This document shows, piece after piece, positions 9,874-19,468 of a stretch of 64,000 nt of DNA (within the stretch, counting starts at the first letter, position 1; every line of letters starts with the position of its first letter). Below the pieces are notes generated by a model. It did not search any database and had not been told where the DNA came from. It saw nothing but the letters and a program-made list of their open reading frames with translations. The stretch covers positions 96,001-160,000 of the forward strand of contig JAHQWJ010000014.1 in the NCBI GenBank assembly GCA_029856125.1, in the 5' to 3' direction. Made by a program: the position numbers and the translations under genes. The stretch comes from Promethearchaeia archaeon. GTDB taxonomy: Archaea; Asgardarchaeota; Lokiarchaeia; Sigyniarchaeales; SOKP01.

Positions 9874-10830
9874 ATGCTAGATGATATTGCTGAATATATT
9901 AAGTCTAATAAGAACATCATAGAAAAAGCCGATATTAGCCCTTTTGTTCAAAGTATTAACGAAAATTCTTATAAGAGCCCTCGCGTTTTTTCTGATATTG
10001 GCCAAGACTCTGCAGCTATAAAAAACAATAGTGATATGCTCACATTAATCACTACTGATAGAATAAAGACGAGTTATATAGAGAATTTCCCGTTAGGCGC
10101 CGGATTTAGTTCAATCTTGGTCGGTGTAGATGATGTTTATGCGTGTGGGGGAAAACCGTTAGCAGTAAGCATCATTATATCATTCAAAGATCAAATCGTT
10201 GGTCAAAAAATGATCGATGGTATTTGTAAAGGTTCGAAATTATTTCAGGTTCCAATAGTTCGGGGTCACACGAATATAAAAGAGTTCAACGAATTGAGTT
10301 CTACTGTTATAGGGGAGATTAAGAGAGACGAATATATTTCTGCGACTAATGCGCAAGATAAAGACGAGATTATCCTAGCTGTAGATTTCAGCGGAAAGGT
10401 TGGACGAGCAAGTAAGCTCCATTGGGATACGGTAACGCATAAAAGCTCCGAGGAAGTTTTGAATAAGAGGAAGGCTATGAATGAAATTGCTAAGCTTAAA
10501 ATCGTAAATTCCGCTAAGGATATTTCAAATGGAGGTATTTTCGGCACGATTTTACAGTTGATAAAATATTCCAAAGTTGGAGCAGATATAAATATCGAAA
10601 AAATCGTAATTCCTCCGATATTAATAGAAAAGAGTTATAATTTAGAAACATTTATTCAAATGTATTTAACAACTTCTTATATTTTAACCGCACCAGAAGA
10701 AACAAGTCAAGATGTAGTAAAGATTTTCAACGATCATAACATGTCTGCTACTATAATTGGAAGGATAAGGAGCGAACAAGAATTAAATATTAATGACGGT
10801 AAGAATTCAATTAGAGTTTTAAAATTTTAA
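9874..10830 (+). CDS. AIR synthase-related (PurM-like superfamily) protein
   Basis: GQDSAAI, DDVYACGGKP, VPIVRGHT, SAKDISNGGIFG. Confidence 0.82.
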   Translation: MLDDIAEYIKSNKNIIEKADISPFVQSINENSYKSPRVFSDIGQDSAAIKNNSDMLTLITTDRIKTSYIENFPLGAGFSSILVGVDDVYACGGKPLAVSIIISFKDQIVGQKMIDGICKGSKLFQVPIVRGHTNIKEFNELSSTVIGEIKRDEYISATNAQDKDEIILAVDFSGKVGRASKLHWDTVTHKSSEEVLNKRKAMNEIAKLKIVNSAKDISNGGIFGTILQLIKYSKVGADINIEKIVIPPILIEKSYNLETFIQMYLTTSYILTAPEETSQDVVKIFNDHNMSATIIGRIRSEQELNINDGKNSIRVLKF

Positions 10831-10918
10831 TGTTCTAAGGTTTAATCTAATCGATAAGAAGTAAGCTATGAGAAACACTATATATTCCACATCAAACGAT
10901 AATTCTCGCTTTTAGCCT

Positions 10919-11137
10919 CTATTTAAGATCTAAAAATGTAAAAACCTGTTTCGGAGTAATGGTACTACAATTAGGACATAGATAAACTGGTTTTCTGTTT
11001 TTGGGAGTGTGAAGGACTTTTTCCATGATTTGGCCACAAGCTGGGCAGTATATTGAAATATCCTTTCGATGGGGGGTTATAAAAAAATGTGGTTTTAATT
11101 TATGTATTATTTCCATATAATAATAGTATGATTTCAT
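10919..11137 (-). CDS. Small zinc-ribbon protein
   Basis: CPAC...CPNC. Confidence 0.65.
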   Translation of the reverse strand: MKSYYYYMEIIHKLKPHFFITPHRKDISIYCPACGQIMEKVLHTPKNRKPVYLCPNCSTITPKQVFTFLDLK

Positions 11138-11310
11138 TCATTTAAATCCTCGCTTTCGATCATTCGGTGATCAATCCAGAACATTTGAGGATCAATAAGT
11201 TAATTTTAAAAATTAATAATTAATCCTACTAATTTTTCGTTACTTTTCTTACTATTTTTAGAATTTAATGATGTCGAAAGTTATATATTTATCAAATACA
11301 CATTTTAGGT

Positions 11311-12045
11311 ATGATTTTACAAATTTTATCTCAAGAAAATATAATAATAGCATCGTTTACGTTGCTTTTCGTGATAATTTCCTTAACTGTTGGCGTTAAG
11401 ATTTCATTGAAGTATTTTTCTTTACGGGCAAAAGAATTAATTTTGGTTGGAATTGCTTGGATATGCCTTTCTTCCCCGTGGTGGTCCGCGCCATTTTCAT
11501 TTCTTACATATGCTTTTTTCGGTGTAGTATGGGAGATTCATGTTTTTTTTATTATCGGAAATATATTTATTCCAGTAGCATTGATAAGCTGGATATATGC
11601 ATTTGCAAAAATGGCGTATGATAAAGTGAAAACGAAATTACTGATAATTTATTCAATAATTTGTACTGCGTTCCTAATATTCTTTCTTATCTTTATGGTA
11701 ATTGATGTTAATTTGATTGGAGAATTTGATGGAACCTTCGACGCTAGATATGTATCTTTTACAAGGATTTTTCAAGCATTTGCTATTTTATCAGCTTTAC
11801 TTACGGGGGTTCTCTTTGCTCTAAAATCCTTTAAGTCAGACGATGCAACAATTCGATGGAAAGGAAGATTTCTATTAATCGCTTTCATCTCATTTTCAGC
11901 AGCAGCAATACTAGATTCTGGATTTGCATTAGGAATTATTGGTGTAATAATTATAAGGTTGTTATTAATATCAAGTGCGATTGAATATTATTTAGGTTTC
12001 TTATTACCAGATCGAATAGCTAAATGGTTAATTAGGAATGATTGA
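11311..12045 (+). CDS. 7-TM membrane protein of unknown function
   Basis: Seven hydrophobic segments; similar layout to 36989. Confidence 0.75.
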   Translation: MILQILSQENIIIASFTLLFVIISLTVGVKISLKYFSLRAKELILVGIAWICLSSPWWSAPFSFLTYAFFGVVWEIHVFFIIGNIFIPVALISWIYAFAKMAYDKVKTKLLIIYSIICTAFLIFFLIFMVIDVNLIGEFDGTFDARYVSFTRIFQAFAILSALLTGVLFALKSFKSDDATIRWKGRFLLIAFISFSAAAILDSGFALGIIGVIIIRLLLISSAIEYYLGFLLPDRIAKWLIRND

Positions 12046-12051
12046 TATCCT

Positions 12052-12612
12052 ATGAATTTAGATTTTAAAAGAAACTTTAAGGGAACTATCTCTATTATTG
12101 GTACGAGCCAGATCGAACCAAGAACAGAAGAAATTGCAGTAGAATTAGGAAGGATACTAGCGATTAATAATTTCGCCGTGGCATGCGGAGGGTTATACGG
12201 TGTTATGGAAGCTGTTTGTAAGGGCGCTAAGCAAGAGGGTGGTTTCACTATTGGGATCATCCCCTACGAAGATAAAACTCGTGCAAATGAGTTTATAGAC
12301 GTTGTAATACCCGTCCCTTTTTCTCAAGCTCGAAATATTGTTGTAGTATTGAGTGGTGATGCTTGCGTCGCTGTAGAAGGAAAAGCTGGGACTCTTTCTG
12401 AAATCTGTTTCGCCTGGATTTATGGAAAACCTATTATTGCTCTGACTGGGGAGATTAATGGGTGGTCTTCAAAAATGGCGGGAAAAAAAATCGATGATAG
12501 GAGAAGTGATACGATATATGGAGCTACATCAGCTAAAGAAGTCGTTGACCGATTGAACGAAATTTTTAAAACTAAACCCAATATCAAATATAAGATGCCG
12601 ACAGAATTTTAA
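12052..12612 (+). CDS. LOG/SMF-like Rossmann protein (TIGR00725-like)
   Basis: CGGLYGVMEAVCKGA, GGFTIGIIP, ARNIVV, GKAGTLSEI. Confidence 0.88.
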   Translation: MNLDFKRNFKGTISIIGTSQIEPRTEEIAVELGRILAINNFAVACGGLYGVMEAVCKGAKQEGGFTIGIIPYEDKTRANEFIDVVIPVPFSQARNIVVVLSGDACVAVEGKAGTLSEICFAWIYGKPIIALTGEINGWSSKMAGKKIDDRRSDTIYGATSAKEVVDRLNEIFKTKPNIKYKMPTEF

Positions 12613-12778
12613 AAGAATTCATTTTATTTCGATATTTTATCTAAAAATCGTCCTTAAAAATAATATTAAACCATAAATATGCTATTTAAGGTTAAGTTAA
12701 TTTTATAAGAGTGTATATTAATATTCAACATAAGAATATATATTAGAAGTTTTTTTTACTAATACAGGTGAAATTATT

Positions 12779-13744
12779 TTGACAATTCAATTTTTGAATG
12801 AGAAAAAGAAAGTAAAAGAATCTATAAGCCCAAGTAAGCTACTTTTCACAGGTTTGGACAATGCCGGAAAAACGACTATAATTCACGGAATCCAACGTGA
12901 ATTTTCGAAAATTGCATTTCTCAAGCCAACAAGAGGAGCTCAGAGAAGAATATTCGAATTTATGGGGCGTGAAATTGCAGAATGGGACCTTGGGGGACAG
13001 ATAAGTTATCGAATCTCTTATTTGAAAAATCCAGGAAAGTACTTTGATGACACTGAGATTACTGTTTATGTCATCGATGTTCAAAATCGTGTAAGGCTTC
13101 CCGAAGCCATTAGTTATTTAAAAGACGTAGTGGACCGGTTTAAGTCACTCGAGATAGCTCCACCAATATATGTGTTCCTGCACAAATACGATCCCGCACT
13201 AAGAAGAAATGCCCTAAACGAAATGAAGAATCTCGAAGTAGAAATCAAGGATAAAATAAAAATAACTGTAGATTATAAGGAAATCTTTTATTACACGACC
13301 TCAATTTATGATCTGCCTAGTATAATTAAAGCAATGTCTGAAATATTATTAAGTTTGTACCCAAAATCCGAATTAATTGACAGAACGATAATAGAATTTG
13401 GTAAAAAAACATATTCTGATGGAGTTGTCTTACTCGATGATAACTCTCTTATCGTTGGAAGCTTTTATAAAGACGAAGAAACGAAAAACCTCTTAACAGC
13501 TTCAACCCCGTATTTCCTAACCCTCAACGACAGTTTTGTCTTTACCGAAGTTCAACCAGGACGCCAAGAAGAAGAGAATCACATGGTTGTACAGAGATAT
13601 GGAAGGAATTTTATCTTCAAACAGCTTACATTTAAAGAGGGAATGAATCCTTATTATATTCTTATGCTCAAGAAAGATGCTCATATAAATAAAGAAGAAA
13701 TCGAAATGTTTGCTAATCTCTTAAAAGAAATTTTATACAGTTAA
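12779..13744 (+). CDS. Rag/Arf-like small GTPase with C-terminal roadblock-like domain
   Basis: G1 GLDNAGKT, G2 PTRG, G3 WDLGGQ, G4 HKYD, G5 TSIYD; C-term GVVLLDDNSLIVG; SD AGGTGA before TTG. Confidence 0.88.
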   Translation: MTIQFLNEKKKVKESISPSKLLFTGLDNAGKTTIIHGIQREFSKIAFLKPTRGAQRRIFEFMGREIAEWDLGGQISYRISYLKNPGKYFDDTEITVYVIDVQNRVRLPEAISYLKDVVDRFKSLEIAPPIYVFLHKYDPALRRNALNEMKNLEVEIKDKIKITVDYKEIFYYTTSIYDLPSIIKAMSEILLSLYPKSELIDRTIIEFGKKTYSDGVVLLDDNSLIVGSFYKDEETKNLLTASTPYFLTLNDSFVFTEVQPGRQEEENHMVVQRYGRNFIFKQLTFKEGMNPYYILMLKKDAHINKEEIEMFANLLKEILYS

Positions 13745-13875
13745 CTTCTACTCTTCTTAAAAACTTTTTTGTCAACATTAATAAAATCGAATTTATATAT
13801 TAATACTATATATTGTTAAAACTTTCTATGAGAAATTTTTCCCTATTTTAATAATGGGTCGAGGAGGTAAGAACT

Positions 13876-14946
13876 TTGATAATTTGTTCTAATTGTGGTA
13901 CTACTAACAATGAATCAGCTGGTAACGTTTGTAGAACTTGTGGAGCATTACTTCCAAGAGCGCGTAGACCATCAAGAACTAAAATTGGTCCAAAGAAAAA
14001 AGAAATCTTAGAATCTCAAGGAAAAAAAACAAAAATAAAAACAAAAACAAAAAAACCACAACCGGCTAAACCCCAGAAAAAGCCACCAATTAAGAAAAAA
14101 CCATCAAAACCTACAAGTTTGGATCTTCACGAAATCCCAAAAGTTAAAGCATTAAATAACGATCATGTGGAAATTCTTGAAGATCCGACAGATATAAATG
14201 AAGAAATAATAGAAGATGATTTAGACGATATTTTAGATGGTATCTTAGACAATGTGGAAGAAAATACAGAATTTCTAAAGGAAATTGCTCCACAACCATT
14301 CCGAGGTTCGATAATTGCTGATAAAGGCGTTTATGGACAACCTAAACAACCAAGAAAGGTATCACGTTCTAAATCTAAAAAAGGAACTCGAGATGCGGTT
14401 ACTTCCGAACACACTGAATCTAACCTTCTAAAGCAAAAACAATTAGAAGAAGATATGACCAAAGTGCTTTCATTCTTGTCAAAAAAAATAACTGTAAAAC
14501 CCTTAAAACCTGTAAAAAAGGGGGAAATTGCTTCAACAAAACCTAAGGATTCTATACCTCCGTCGAGTATGAGCGAAATCTTAAAAGATTTGCTAAAATT
14601 AGATTTACATATTGAAGCTTCTGCGATTATTAAAAAGGATGGAACTATATTAGCCTCAGCTCTTAGTTCAAGGATTTCAGATTCCCTATTTGCGACAATT
14701 GCGGCCAACCTGTCAATGATGGGAGTAGATATTATTGAAGGGTTAAGTGCTGGGACTTTACTAAATATGTCCATAAGGGGCACTGATGGAGTATTAGATT
14801 TAGCTCCTATCGGCTTTGAAAAACTCCCTGGAGAGGATATGATCTTAATAATTTTCTCACACCCCAAAATTAAGAGCGGGATAATCCACTTTGCTGTTAG
14901 CATCGTAAAGAAGCGAGTACAGCAATATCTAGGTCTATCAAAATAA
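13876..14946 (+). CDS. Zinc ribbon + low-complexity linker + roadblock/LC7 (MglB/LAMTOR-like) domain protein
   Basis: CSNC...CRTC; Lys/Pro-rich then acidic linker; IEASAIIKKDGTILASAL...FATIAANL. Confidence 0.82.
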   Translation: MIICSNCGTTNNESAGNVCRTCGALLPRARRPSRTKIGPKKKEILESQGKKTKIKTKTKKPQPAKPQKKPPIKKKPSKPTSLDLHEIPKVKALNNDHVEILEDPTDINEEIIEDDLDDILDGILDNVEENTEFLKEIAPQPFRGSIIADKGVYGQPKQPRKVSRSKSKKGTRDAVTSEHTESNLLKQKQLEEDMTKVLSFLSKKITVKPLKPVKKGEIASTKPKDSIPPSSMSEILKDLLKLDLHIEASAIIKKDGTILASALSSRISDSLFATIAANLSMMGVDIIEGLSAGTLLNMSIRGTDGVLDLAPIGFEKLPGEDMILIIFSHPKIKSGIIHFAVSIVKKRVQQYLGLSK

Positions 14947-14963
14947 AAATCGTATTCTAATCA

Positions 14964-15764
14964 TTAATGTAACTGCTTCTGTACACTAATTTTATCAACC
15001 GTGACTGTTTTAAAATATTGCAGATTTACTGAAAGTTCTTGTAAAAATGAGTTCAAATTTAGAATTGCCACAAGTGGGACTGAATTGTCGTTTATTTTTA
15101 TCCAGTTTGATTCTACTGTAACCATAAGTGGAATTAGGATAAATGGTAACCGTTTTTTGTAATTATTATAGTTTAACCCTAAGATTTCTTGAATCAAATT
15201 AGAGAAGATTTCGGGATTTTTTTTAAGGGCTTTTACTCGTTGATATTGTAAATTGGCAGCCTTATTCATTGCAGAATATGAATCTTTACGCTTCCATTGC
15301 TTTGCGTCTATGACGAGAATTTTATTTTGATAAATCCCTATTACGTCAATTTCGTATCGTTTTTGAGATGTTTCATATTTTAACTCTGATCTATCCGTAA
15401 ACCTATAATTCTTTATCGTCTTATAATGATTTTGAGATAAAATTTCTTGAATAAGAGCTTCGAAACCGTCGTAATTTAATAGATATGATAGCTGGTTTAT
15501 ATCTAAATCCAAATAATTAAAGCATCTCGTAATAAATGCAATTTTGTCAATTACAATGTAAGGTATGTAATTTCCCTTCTGAATTGTGATAAATTCAAAC
15601 CCTTTTATAAAATCCTGAACTTCATATTTGTCAAAATTCTTAAAAAAATCAATATCTGAAAACTCAAACCATAATTCGGTAACTTCGGAATTTGATTCTT
15701 TAAGTAAGTCGTAAATCTCTAAGAAAAAACGTTTAATTGACGAAAAAGAATAAGGATCAATCAT
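14964..15764 (-). CDS. PD-(D/E)XK restriction-endonuclease-like (Mrr/NERD-type) protein
   Basis: FEALIQEIL...YEIDVIG...LVIDAKQW. Confidence 0.78.
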   Translation of the reverse strand: MIDPYSFSSIKRFFLEIYDLLKESNSEVTELWFEFSDIDFFKNFDKYEVQDFIKGFEFITIQKGNYIPYIVIDKIAFITRCFNYLDLDINQLSYLLNYDGFEALIQEILSQNHYKTIKNYRFTDRSELKYETSQKRYEIDVIGIYQNKILVIDAKQWKRKDSYSAMNKAANLQYQRVKALKKNPEIFSNLIQEILGLNYNNYKKRLPFILIPLMVTVESNWIKINDNSVPLVAILNLNSFLQELSVNLQYFKTVTVDKISVQKQLH

Positions 15765-15862
15765 ATTTTTACTGAAGTAGAAGGTCTAAAATAAGATAAA
15801 GAGAGTATCGATATATTGATTAATTGATGTATTTTTCGTTTAAACTTACTTTTATTAGAAAC

Positions 15863-16288
15863 TTAACTAGACTCGTCAGGATTCTCAATAAGTTTTTTAA
15901 CTTCATTAAATTCAGTTAAAACTCCCAGATAAATAAATTCTTTTAGTTCGTTAACATCATCACACTCTTCAATCTTCTCTTCTAAATCGTGATAAGGAAA
16001 CCCTATTCTTGTATTTTGTAAACGAGCTATTTCAAACCCAAATTTTGAAAGAGTGTAACTAACCAGCTCTCTTATGAGTGGCGCTGTTAAGATTTTTAGG
16101 TTAGAGGACGCTATAAAACGGAACACATCGAGCGTCACTTTTTCAGCATCTTTTTCAGAAAGACTCGTCTCTTTTAATAGCCGCTCATATATGCGATTGG
16201 GATCAAATTTGTTTTTCTTTACAATTCCTTCTTTTTTGTCTTTATAAAGAACTTCTGGAAACGATTGAATTATTTTTTCGTCAAACAT
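15863..16288 (-). CDS. Stand-alone ATP-cone domain protein (NrdD N-terminus-like)
   Basis: FDPNRIYERLLKET...LTAPLIRELV...TRIGFPYHD; likely start at MFDEK (16288), ORF track starts at 16345. Confidence 0.72.
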   Translation of the reverse strand: MFDEKIIQSFPEVLYKDKKEGIVKKNKFDPNRIYERLLKETSLSEKDAEKVTLDVFRFIASSNLKILTAPLIRELVSYTLSKFGFEIARLQNTRIGFPYHDLEEKIEECDDVNELKEFIYLGVLTEFNEVKKLIENPDESS

Positions 16289-16653
16289 GCGAGGAATTTT
16301 AATTTTGATTTTAATGATTAAATTATAGAAAGAAATGCTTTTCATTAAAGACTATTATTAAATTTTTATTAATTCTGTTTATATGTTAATGAAAAGATTT
16401 ACAATATTGGTAGCGGTTTTGTACTTATTTTTGTACTTATTTTTGAGTAAAACTGAATAATAAATCTTGAATAAATTTATAAAAGTTTTCCGTTTTGATA
16501 TTAGTATATTTATATAATATATTATTTTAAATGGTTTTATAAGAAATTAGGATTATAATAGGTTTAGGATTAGATTAGAAGCAGTGTCTTTTTCGCAAAC
16601 CTCTTTTAAATCTTAGACAATAGCAAAGATTGTCATAGGGTTATCATAGTATT

Positions 16654-18066
16654 ATGTCAGGACAAGAAAACAATATTATCAAATCAATCGTTTTAAGTTT
16701 ATTTGACGACGATGGACCCACACCAAAGATTTACTGGCCAACAGAAATGGACGAATCATCGCGCTTGTTAATAGCGATGAAAACGATTTCTCTATTGATG
16801 GGGGATTCTGTTTATCAAAATGGAACTTCATCAGATACCGTTAATTATTTCGGGATATTACCTTTCCCAGATTTAAAACTGAATGGGTTGACATACTTCT
16901 TCTTAATACTTGATCCAATGGCAAGAGGGAACGCAAAAGCAGCTACGATTACCGTTCTAATAAATGAAGATGATAGGGTTTTTTTCTACGAAAACATGAA
17001 ATACCTAAGAATTATAATAGATAAATCGGCATCAAAGGTTCAATTAGCTAAAACGTTAGAAGAAAACCAAAAAATTATGGATGATTTAAAAGAAGAATTA
17101 TTCAACTTTACTAGCGAGATAAAGAATCCATTCCTAAATTTGAGACAAATTAAAATTCTTATGACGGGATTGGATCGAGCGGGAAAAACAAGTTTCTTGC
17201 ACGCCGTTAAGCAACGATATAGCGAAATCATTAAAACCCTCCCAACTAAAGGAGTCGCACGAACCGAAGAGAAGATATTCGAAGAACAAAATTCTAAGAT
17301 ATCTCTCTGGGATTTAGGTGGTCAAAAGAAATATAGGGATATGTTTATTGAGCAAAGAAAAGTTTACCTCTATAACGTTGATCTACTTTTTTATTTTATC
17401 GACATTCAAGATTCAGAAAGAATATCAGAAGCTATTGAGTTGTTTGGAACCGTTATTGATTCTCTTATAGAATTAGAAGAATTTCCACCTATAATTATCT
17501 GTCTTAATAAATTCGATCCTGATATTAAAAACGCGAAGGATATTAAAAAAAATATTAAAACTGTAAATGAAAAGATAAAGGAAATCTCTGAAAGGTTTTT
17601 TGTGAAGATTTTCCAGACGTCTATATTTGATCACTGGTCTTTAGTATCGGCATATTCTTTTGGACTTTCACAACTCAGTCCAAATAGAGAGTTATTCGAA
17701 AATCAATTGAAGCAATTCGCTAAGAAAATAAGCTCAGATGCAATCCTTTTACTTAACGAAAATGGAATTATCCTCTCTAATTTCTCTAAATCCGGTATTT
17801 CTGAAAAGGTTTTTGAAATATCTGCCCCTCACTTCCAAACCTTGTACAAAACATTTAAAGAATTTAAACTATTAAAACAAGATTTTTTAATTTCTTCGGG
17901 AATAACTTCCGAATCGAAAAAAGTAATCTTTAAGAGGATTCCTGTTGAGAAATATAACCTTTACCTACTTTTGTTCTTGGAAAAAGAGTTAAATATGGAT
18001 AAAATAGATAAAAATTTACCTAAATTATCTAAAAACCTGAATGAATTAATCCAGACTTATATATAA
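16654..18066 (+). CDS. uDENN/longin-like + Arf/Rag-like small GTPase + roadblock-like fusion protein (paralog of 8277)
   Basis: LSLFDDDGPTP, YFGILPFP; G1 GLDRAGKT, G2 PTKG, G3 WDLGGQ, G4 NKFD, G5 TSIFD; AILLLNENGIILS; shared LSPNR and FE(I/V)xAPxF motifs with 8277. Confidence 0.87.
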   Translation: MSGQENNIIKSIVLSLFDDDGPTPKIYWPTEMDESSRLLIAMKTISLLMGDSVYQNGTSSDTVNYFGILPFPDLKLNGLTYFFLILDPMARGNAKAATITVLINEDDRVFFYENMKYLRIIIDKSASKVQLAKTLEENQKIMDDLKEELFNFTSEIKNPFLNLRQIKILMTGLDRAGKTSFLHAVKQRYSEIIKTLPTKGVARTEEKIFEEQNSKISLWDLGGQKKYRDMFIEQRKVYLYNVDLLFYFIDIQDSERISEAIELFGTVIDSLIELEEFPPIIICLNKFDPDIKNAKDIKKNIKTVNEKIKEISERFFVKIFQTSIFDHWSLVSAYSFGLSQLSPNRELFENQLKQFAKKISSDAILLLNENGIILSNFSKSGISEKVFEISAPHFQTLYKTFKEFKLLKQDFLISSGITSESKKVIFKRIPVEKYNLYLLLFLEKELNMDKIDKNLPKLSKNLNELIQTYI

Positions 18067-18092
18067 TTCATTTTAAAATAAAAAGAAAAATA

Positions 18093-19316
18093 TTAATAGT
18101 TTGAAGCTTGTTCGTGTAACTTCCTTTTTTTCCTATTCGATCTAATCAATAGAGTAACACCGATTATTACTATTCCAACAATAGATACTATAACAATAAT
18201 AACAATCATCTCTGCAATAACCGTATCAGCGCGGATTACTTTTAAATTCAGATTATACTCATAATCAAATGTAGAAGTAACTTCGTAAACAATGCCAGGA
18301 TGAGGAAATTCACTCTCATCAGGTAATCCAGGAATAGAAAACCAAGCTCCTATATTCAAATTTAAGTGAAAATAATCGATATAATTAAAGTAATCTCCAT
18401 TTTCATCCCAAGTTGGATCACAGGCTATCCATCCAATATTAGGCACGTAGTATTCAAGCCACGCATGTCTTAAAAGGTTGTATTGTCCATCTGATCTTGT
18501 ATAAAAAGACCATTCTTGTCCGACCTGAGGTACGATAGCTGGATTATCAGTTATAACGAATCCTGTTACTTTTCGTGCGGGGATTCCTTGACATCGTAAG
18601 AGTGTGACCATTAGACTGGAATATTCGCTACAATCACCTAATTGGTTATCGTAAGCCCATTTTGCTCCCATTTCTTGAGCTGGGAGAGTGTCACTATACA
18701 CAAGATGGTCAATGACCCAATCGTTGATTTTTTGAGCTTTTACAATAGGATTATCGCTGGGATTTACAATACTATAAGATGTAGCGTTTATGTTAACGTC
18801 GTCCCTTTCATAATATACTTCAGAATTATTACAATACAACGAAAACATTTCATCAGAAGTGTCGTATACACCAATTTCTGAGGTATTTACATTATTAAAA
18901 GAGACTTCATTTAGTGTTACTTCGTATTGTTGGTTTAAAGTAATTGTATCATTAGTAGAAAGAGAAGTTCCATTGAAAACATCGTAAGTATTATTAAATC
19001 TATCGCGATAAATGAAAGGATCGTTATCGCTACCGTTTATACTACTATATTGCAATTCGCTTTCTTGATACGGTCCCGAATATTGCGTTAAAGAGGAATT
19101 TGGTTGACGATCATTTAACCTTGAAAATTTAAACAAGTAATCTCCATTAGATCCCGATAAATGGGTTAATGTGAAATTAATTTCTACTTGATACGTAACA
19201 CTTTTACTGGTTGAATAATTAGACACGCCGTCACTAGAGCTAACTGCGAGTTCAATGTTAAAATTTAATGGAAAGGAAACTATCAATAGTAATAACGCCA
19301 GTTTGAAGGCTTTCAT
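18093..19316 (-). CDS. Membrane-anchored extracellular transglutaminase-like protein
   Basis: Signal-like MKAFKLALLLL (likely start 19316; track 19403), GDCSEYS, HAWLE, WIACDPT triad, C-terminal TM + basic tail. Confidence 0.88.
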   Translation of the reverse strand: MKAFKLALLLLIVSFPLNFNIELAVSSSDGVSNYSTSKSVTYQVEINFTLTHLSGSNGDYLFKFSRLNDRQPNSSLTQYSGPYQESELQYSSINGSDNDPFIYRDRFNNTYDVFNGTSLSTNDTITLNQQYEVTLNEVSFNNVNTSEIGVYDTSDEMFSLYCNNSEVYYERDDVNINATSYSIVNPSDNPIVKAQKINDWVIDHLVYSDTLPAQEMGAKWAYDNQLGDCSEYSSLMVTLLRCQGIPARKVTGFVITDNPAIVPQVGQEWSFYTRSDGQYNLLRHAWLEYYVPNIGWIACDPTWDENGDYFNYIDYFHLNLNIGAWFSIPGLPDESEFPHPGIVYEVTSTFDYEYNLNLKVIRADTVIAEMIVIIVIVSIVGIVIIGVTLLIRSNRKKRKLHEQASNY

Positions 19317-19468
19317 GGTTGTTAAATAAATTAAATTATGTTTTGTAACATAATAAAAATCTCTGTTTTTATTTGTTCTGGTATTTTTACTAAAGAATAA
19401 CATTAATTAAGACAGAATTTTATTATGTTAATAATTAAAATTTATGCTAATTCTAAGGGTAAGGGACT

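Noticed and set aside
9874-10830. Selenophosphate synthetase / selenoprotein system
   Set aside because: Lacks the N-terminal Cys/Sec-x-x-Lys motif; no convincing in-frame TGA read-through or SECIS was found by eye
11146-11192. Hammerhead ribozyme (stem followed by GAAA on minus strand)
   Set aside because: Upstream core reads CUGGAUU, not CUGANGA, and flanking stems do not fit
16421-16444. Tandem 12-bp repeat GTACTTATTTTT x2
   Set aside because: Only two units, no spacers; not CRISPR, probably local slippage
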